DNA of 64,000 bases from assembly GCA_963699545.1 (NCBI GenBank), contig CAVOUE010000005.1, positions 160,001-224,000 of the forward strand. The letters run 5' to 3'. The number at the start of each line of letters is the position of its first letter. The stretch's first letter is position 1. The notes under the pieces were generated by a model that was not told the DNA's origin, did no database searches, and saw nothing but the letters and a program-made list of their open reading frames with translations. The position numbers and the translations under genes were made by a program. The DNA comes from Nitrospirota bacterium. GTDB taxonomy: Bacteria; Nitrospirota; Thermodesulfovibrionia; Thermodesulfovibrionales; UBA9159. This document shows, piece by piece, positions 61,738 through 64,000 of this stretch.

Positions 61738-63678
61738 TCATCCCTCGTACATTACCTTACCCATGTCACCGATATCGTATCCGCCCAGTCCCTCTACGGT
61801 GTCCCTGAATTCACCGTCTTCCCTGATGATCCGCAAAAGCGCGGCGACCTTGTCCGACTCAATGAACTCCCGGGGAATGGCAATGTCATAGCGTTCCTTT
61901 GCCACCGGAATGAAATCAAGACCCAACGCATTCGCAGCCGCAAGGATGGCAAGCCCCGTGTCCGCAATACCGGTCAGCACCGCTGAGGCGACTCCCATGT
62001 GGGTATATTCCTCTCTTTCATACCCCTGGATCTGAGCAGGGTCTGCGCCCATCTCTCTGAGATGCTTATCCGTGAGGAGTCTTGTGCCGGAACCGGGTTG
62101 CCTGTTGATAAAGACCACGTCATGCCTCAAAAGGTCGTTAAAGCCCGTAATGCCTCCGGGATTACCCTTTTTCACTACAAGACCTTGTTCACGGTACACA
62201 AGGTTTATGAGGACAATCCTCTTCTCGTGCAGAAGCTTTTCGATAAAGGGAACATTGTACAATCCCGATTCTTCGTCCAGAAGGTGAGTCCCTGCCATAT
62301 GAGCCTCGCCTTTTTTCAGAGCGATCAATCCCCCCATGGAGCCCACATGGGCCGAGGACAGAGAGAGCCTCGGATGTCTTTTCTTGAGAATGTTCGCTAG
62401 GATGTCCAGAGTATTGTCATGACTGCCGATGCAGACGATGGTGTTCCTGATCTCATCCCTGCTCCTGAGAAGTTCCACTTCCACCTCGGAGCCTGCGCCG
62501 ATCCCCTCTGACAGGGCAGGAATGCGAACAATACCGTCGGCCCTCACAAGGGACATGATCACCCCCGCCCCTCTTGTCATGGGGGTCGCTATGGTCTTCT
62601 CACCCACCTGCCCGACCTTCACCCTCACAAATTCCTCCTGTCCCAGGGATGACGATAACTGGCGCGAGAGGACGGCGTGAACGGTTTCATGCTCCGCCAT
62701 TTCAATACCCTGCCAGATGTGGAGAAGAGGTTTTGCAAAAAGAGTGAACGTAATGAACGCGGACACGGGATAGCCCGGTATTCCGAGCACAGGCTTCCCT
62801 TTTACCATCCCGAGGATGAGGGGCTTTCCCGGTCTTATCCCCACCCCATGGACGAATACCTCACCCATCTCACGAATGGCCAGGCCGGTGAAGTCTTCCG
62901 AACCGGCGGAGGATCCGGCATTCACCACTACCATATCAGCACCCTCGCAGGCATGCCCGATGGCCGCTTTAAGCTCACCAACATCGTCAGGGATGATATC
63001 AGACCTTAAGGGCTCTCCGCCCCACTCACGCACAAGGCCTCCCAGGATCCGGGAGTTATACTCGATGATGGAGCCCACTTTCAGTTCGGTACCCGGCTCC
63101 ACTATTTCATCCCCGGTGGGAAGAATGAACACACGCGGTCTTTTCCTGACCATGATCTCTGTATGTCCGCCCGCAAGCAGCGCACCGATGTCCACCGGCC
63201 TTATTCTCTGATTCTCAGGAATTATGAGTTCTGTTGCAACGATATCTTCCCCTATGGTCCTCACGTGCTGCCATGGCGTTGCCGGCTCTCTGATCTCGAT
63301 ATACTCTGGAGATGATCCATGACCGCGCACGACGTGCACCTCTTCGATCATGATCACGGCATTGAACCCTTCGGGCATGGGATCGCCCGTGTCAACGGGG
63401 ATCCCCTGCACCCCCACCTTAAGCTGCAGCGGCACGGTCTCAGAGGCGCCAAAGGTTTCGGTAAACCTCACCGCGTACCCGTCCATTGCCGCCGCATGGT
63501 AAAAAGGAGACGATATCTTCGCGGCCACTGCTGCTGAAGACACCCTGCCGATCGAGTCGATGACCGCAATGGTCTCTCCGGAGAGGGGTTGCAGAAGCCC
63601 TTCCCTGCGAAGCCTCGTGAGCCACACAGTGAGGGCATCGGATAAAGGGGTGCTCTCAAGATAGATCTTTTGCTTCAT
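61738..63678 (-). CDS. moeA: MoeA fused to a periplasmic-binding-protein-like domain
   Basis: AAMDGYAV, VDTGDPMP, PTGDEI, AGSSAGSED, RPGKP, GIPGYP; C-terminal GSHD, GSMGGL, INRQPGSGTR. Confidence 0.9.
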   Translation of the reverse strand: MKQKIYLESTPLSDALTVWLTRLRREGLLQPLSGETIAVIDSIGRVSSAAVAAKISSPFYHAAAMDGYAVRFTETFGASETVPLQLKVGVQGIPVDTGDPMPEGFNAVIMIEEVHVVRGHGSSPEYIEIREPATPWQHVRTIGEDIVATELIIPENQRIRPVDIGALLAGGHTEIMVRKRPRVFILPTGDEIVEPGTELKVGSIIEYNSRILGGLVREWGGEPLRSDIIPDDVGELKAAIGHACEGADMVVVNAGSSAGSEDFTGLAIREMGEVFVHGVGIRPGKPLILGMVKGKPVLGIPGYPVSAFITFTLFAKPLLHIWQGIEMAEHETVHAVLSRQLSSSLGQEEFVRVKVGQVGEKTIATPMTRGAGVIMSLVRADGIVRIPALSEGIGAGSEVEVELLRSRDEIRNTIVCIGSHDNTLDILANILKKRHPRLSLSSAHVGSMGGLIALKKGEAHMAGTHLLDEESGLYNVPFIEKLLHEKRIVLINLVYREQGLVVKKGNPGGITGFNDLLRHDVVFINRQPGSGTRLLTDKHLREMGADPAQIQGYEREEYTHMGVASAVLTGIADTGLAILAAANALGLDFIPVAKERYDIAIPREFIESDKVAALLRIIREDGEFRDTVEGLGGYDIGDMGKVMYEG

Positions 63679-63751
63679 GCCTTCTCTTTTTTCCATCTCT
63701 TCCTGCGCTGCCACCGGTTCAGGCATCCTGCCTGAAAATTCACCGGCACTT

Positions 63752-64000
63752 TCAGAGGCTGCTGGCAACAATGCGGTTCGTGTCCTCAGACGTGAGATGA
63801 CAGTGCACACGCACGTCCTTATCTCTGATATGTTTTTCCGCGTTCGCCCTCGCTGCAAGACATATCTTCCTCAAGACATCGAACCGTTTGCCGTAATAGA
63901 GCCATGGGAAAAGGTCGGCAGTGCCGGCTTCTCTGAAAGGGAGCAACTCTTCAGATGTGATTCCCATGTTCTTCAAAAGGAAAAAAACATCTCCCGTTGT
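63752..64000 (-). CDS. Hypothetical protein, C-terminal fragment; runs off the right edge
   Basis: Open frame ...DVFFLLKNMGITSEELLPF...VHCHL...IVASSL ending just upstream of moeA. Confidence 0.55.
   Translation of the reverse strand, partial: TTGDVFFLLKNMGITSEELLPFREAGTADLFPWLYYGKRFDVLRKICLAARANAEKHIRDKDVRVHCHLTSEDTNRIVASSL

Noticed and set aside
63718-63736. Hairpin TTCAGGCA-TCC-TGCCTGAA upstream of moeA as a terminator or riboswitch
   Set aside because: No adjacent U-tract on the coding strand and no other riboswitch elements
1-64000. CRISPR arrays, tRNA/rRNA genes, transposases, prophage genes
   Set aside because: No regularly spaced repeats, RNA gene signatures or mobile-element ORFs were recognised

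Overview
Bacterial chromosomal segment. Gene content and order (def-fmt-DUF116-rsmB-PASTA-rpe, lptCAB-rpoN-hpf-rapZ, rpsO-pnp-M16 peptidase) suggest a diderm anaerobe, possibly Nitrospirota or Desulfobacterota; this is an inference. At least 13 genes, including rpoN, pnp and scpB, carry small frameshifts, which points to long-read consensus errors rather than pseudogenes. The left 12 kb is a molybdoenzyme neighbourhood: a sigma54-controlled OsmC/Mo-bisPGD oxidoreductase operon, a GAF-type enhancer-binding protein, TusA, an IorAB-like oxidoreductase with XdhC and MocA, and MoeA. At 17.3-18.2 kb an AT-rich gene resembles a solitary integron cassette with a truncated attC, next to a REP-like hairpin. 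The main candidate for an undescribed system is the co-oriented minus-strand block at 39.9-58.0 kb. It encodes a Gly/Pro-tailed secreted protein, an OM beta-barrel, Wza, Wzc and a WaaL-like/TPR ligase. A sigma54 promoter with paired enhancers then precedes a 2551-aa adhesin ending in a gingipain/PorU-like C25 domain, tightly coupled to a RiPP cassette (PqqD/RRE, radical SAM-SPASM, 62-aa Cys-rich precursor, HprK-like kinase, S26 peptidase). All calls come from motif recognition by eye; no database searches were run.
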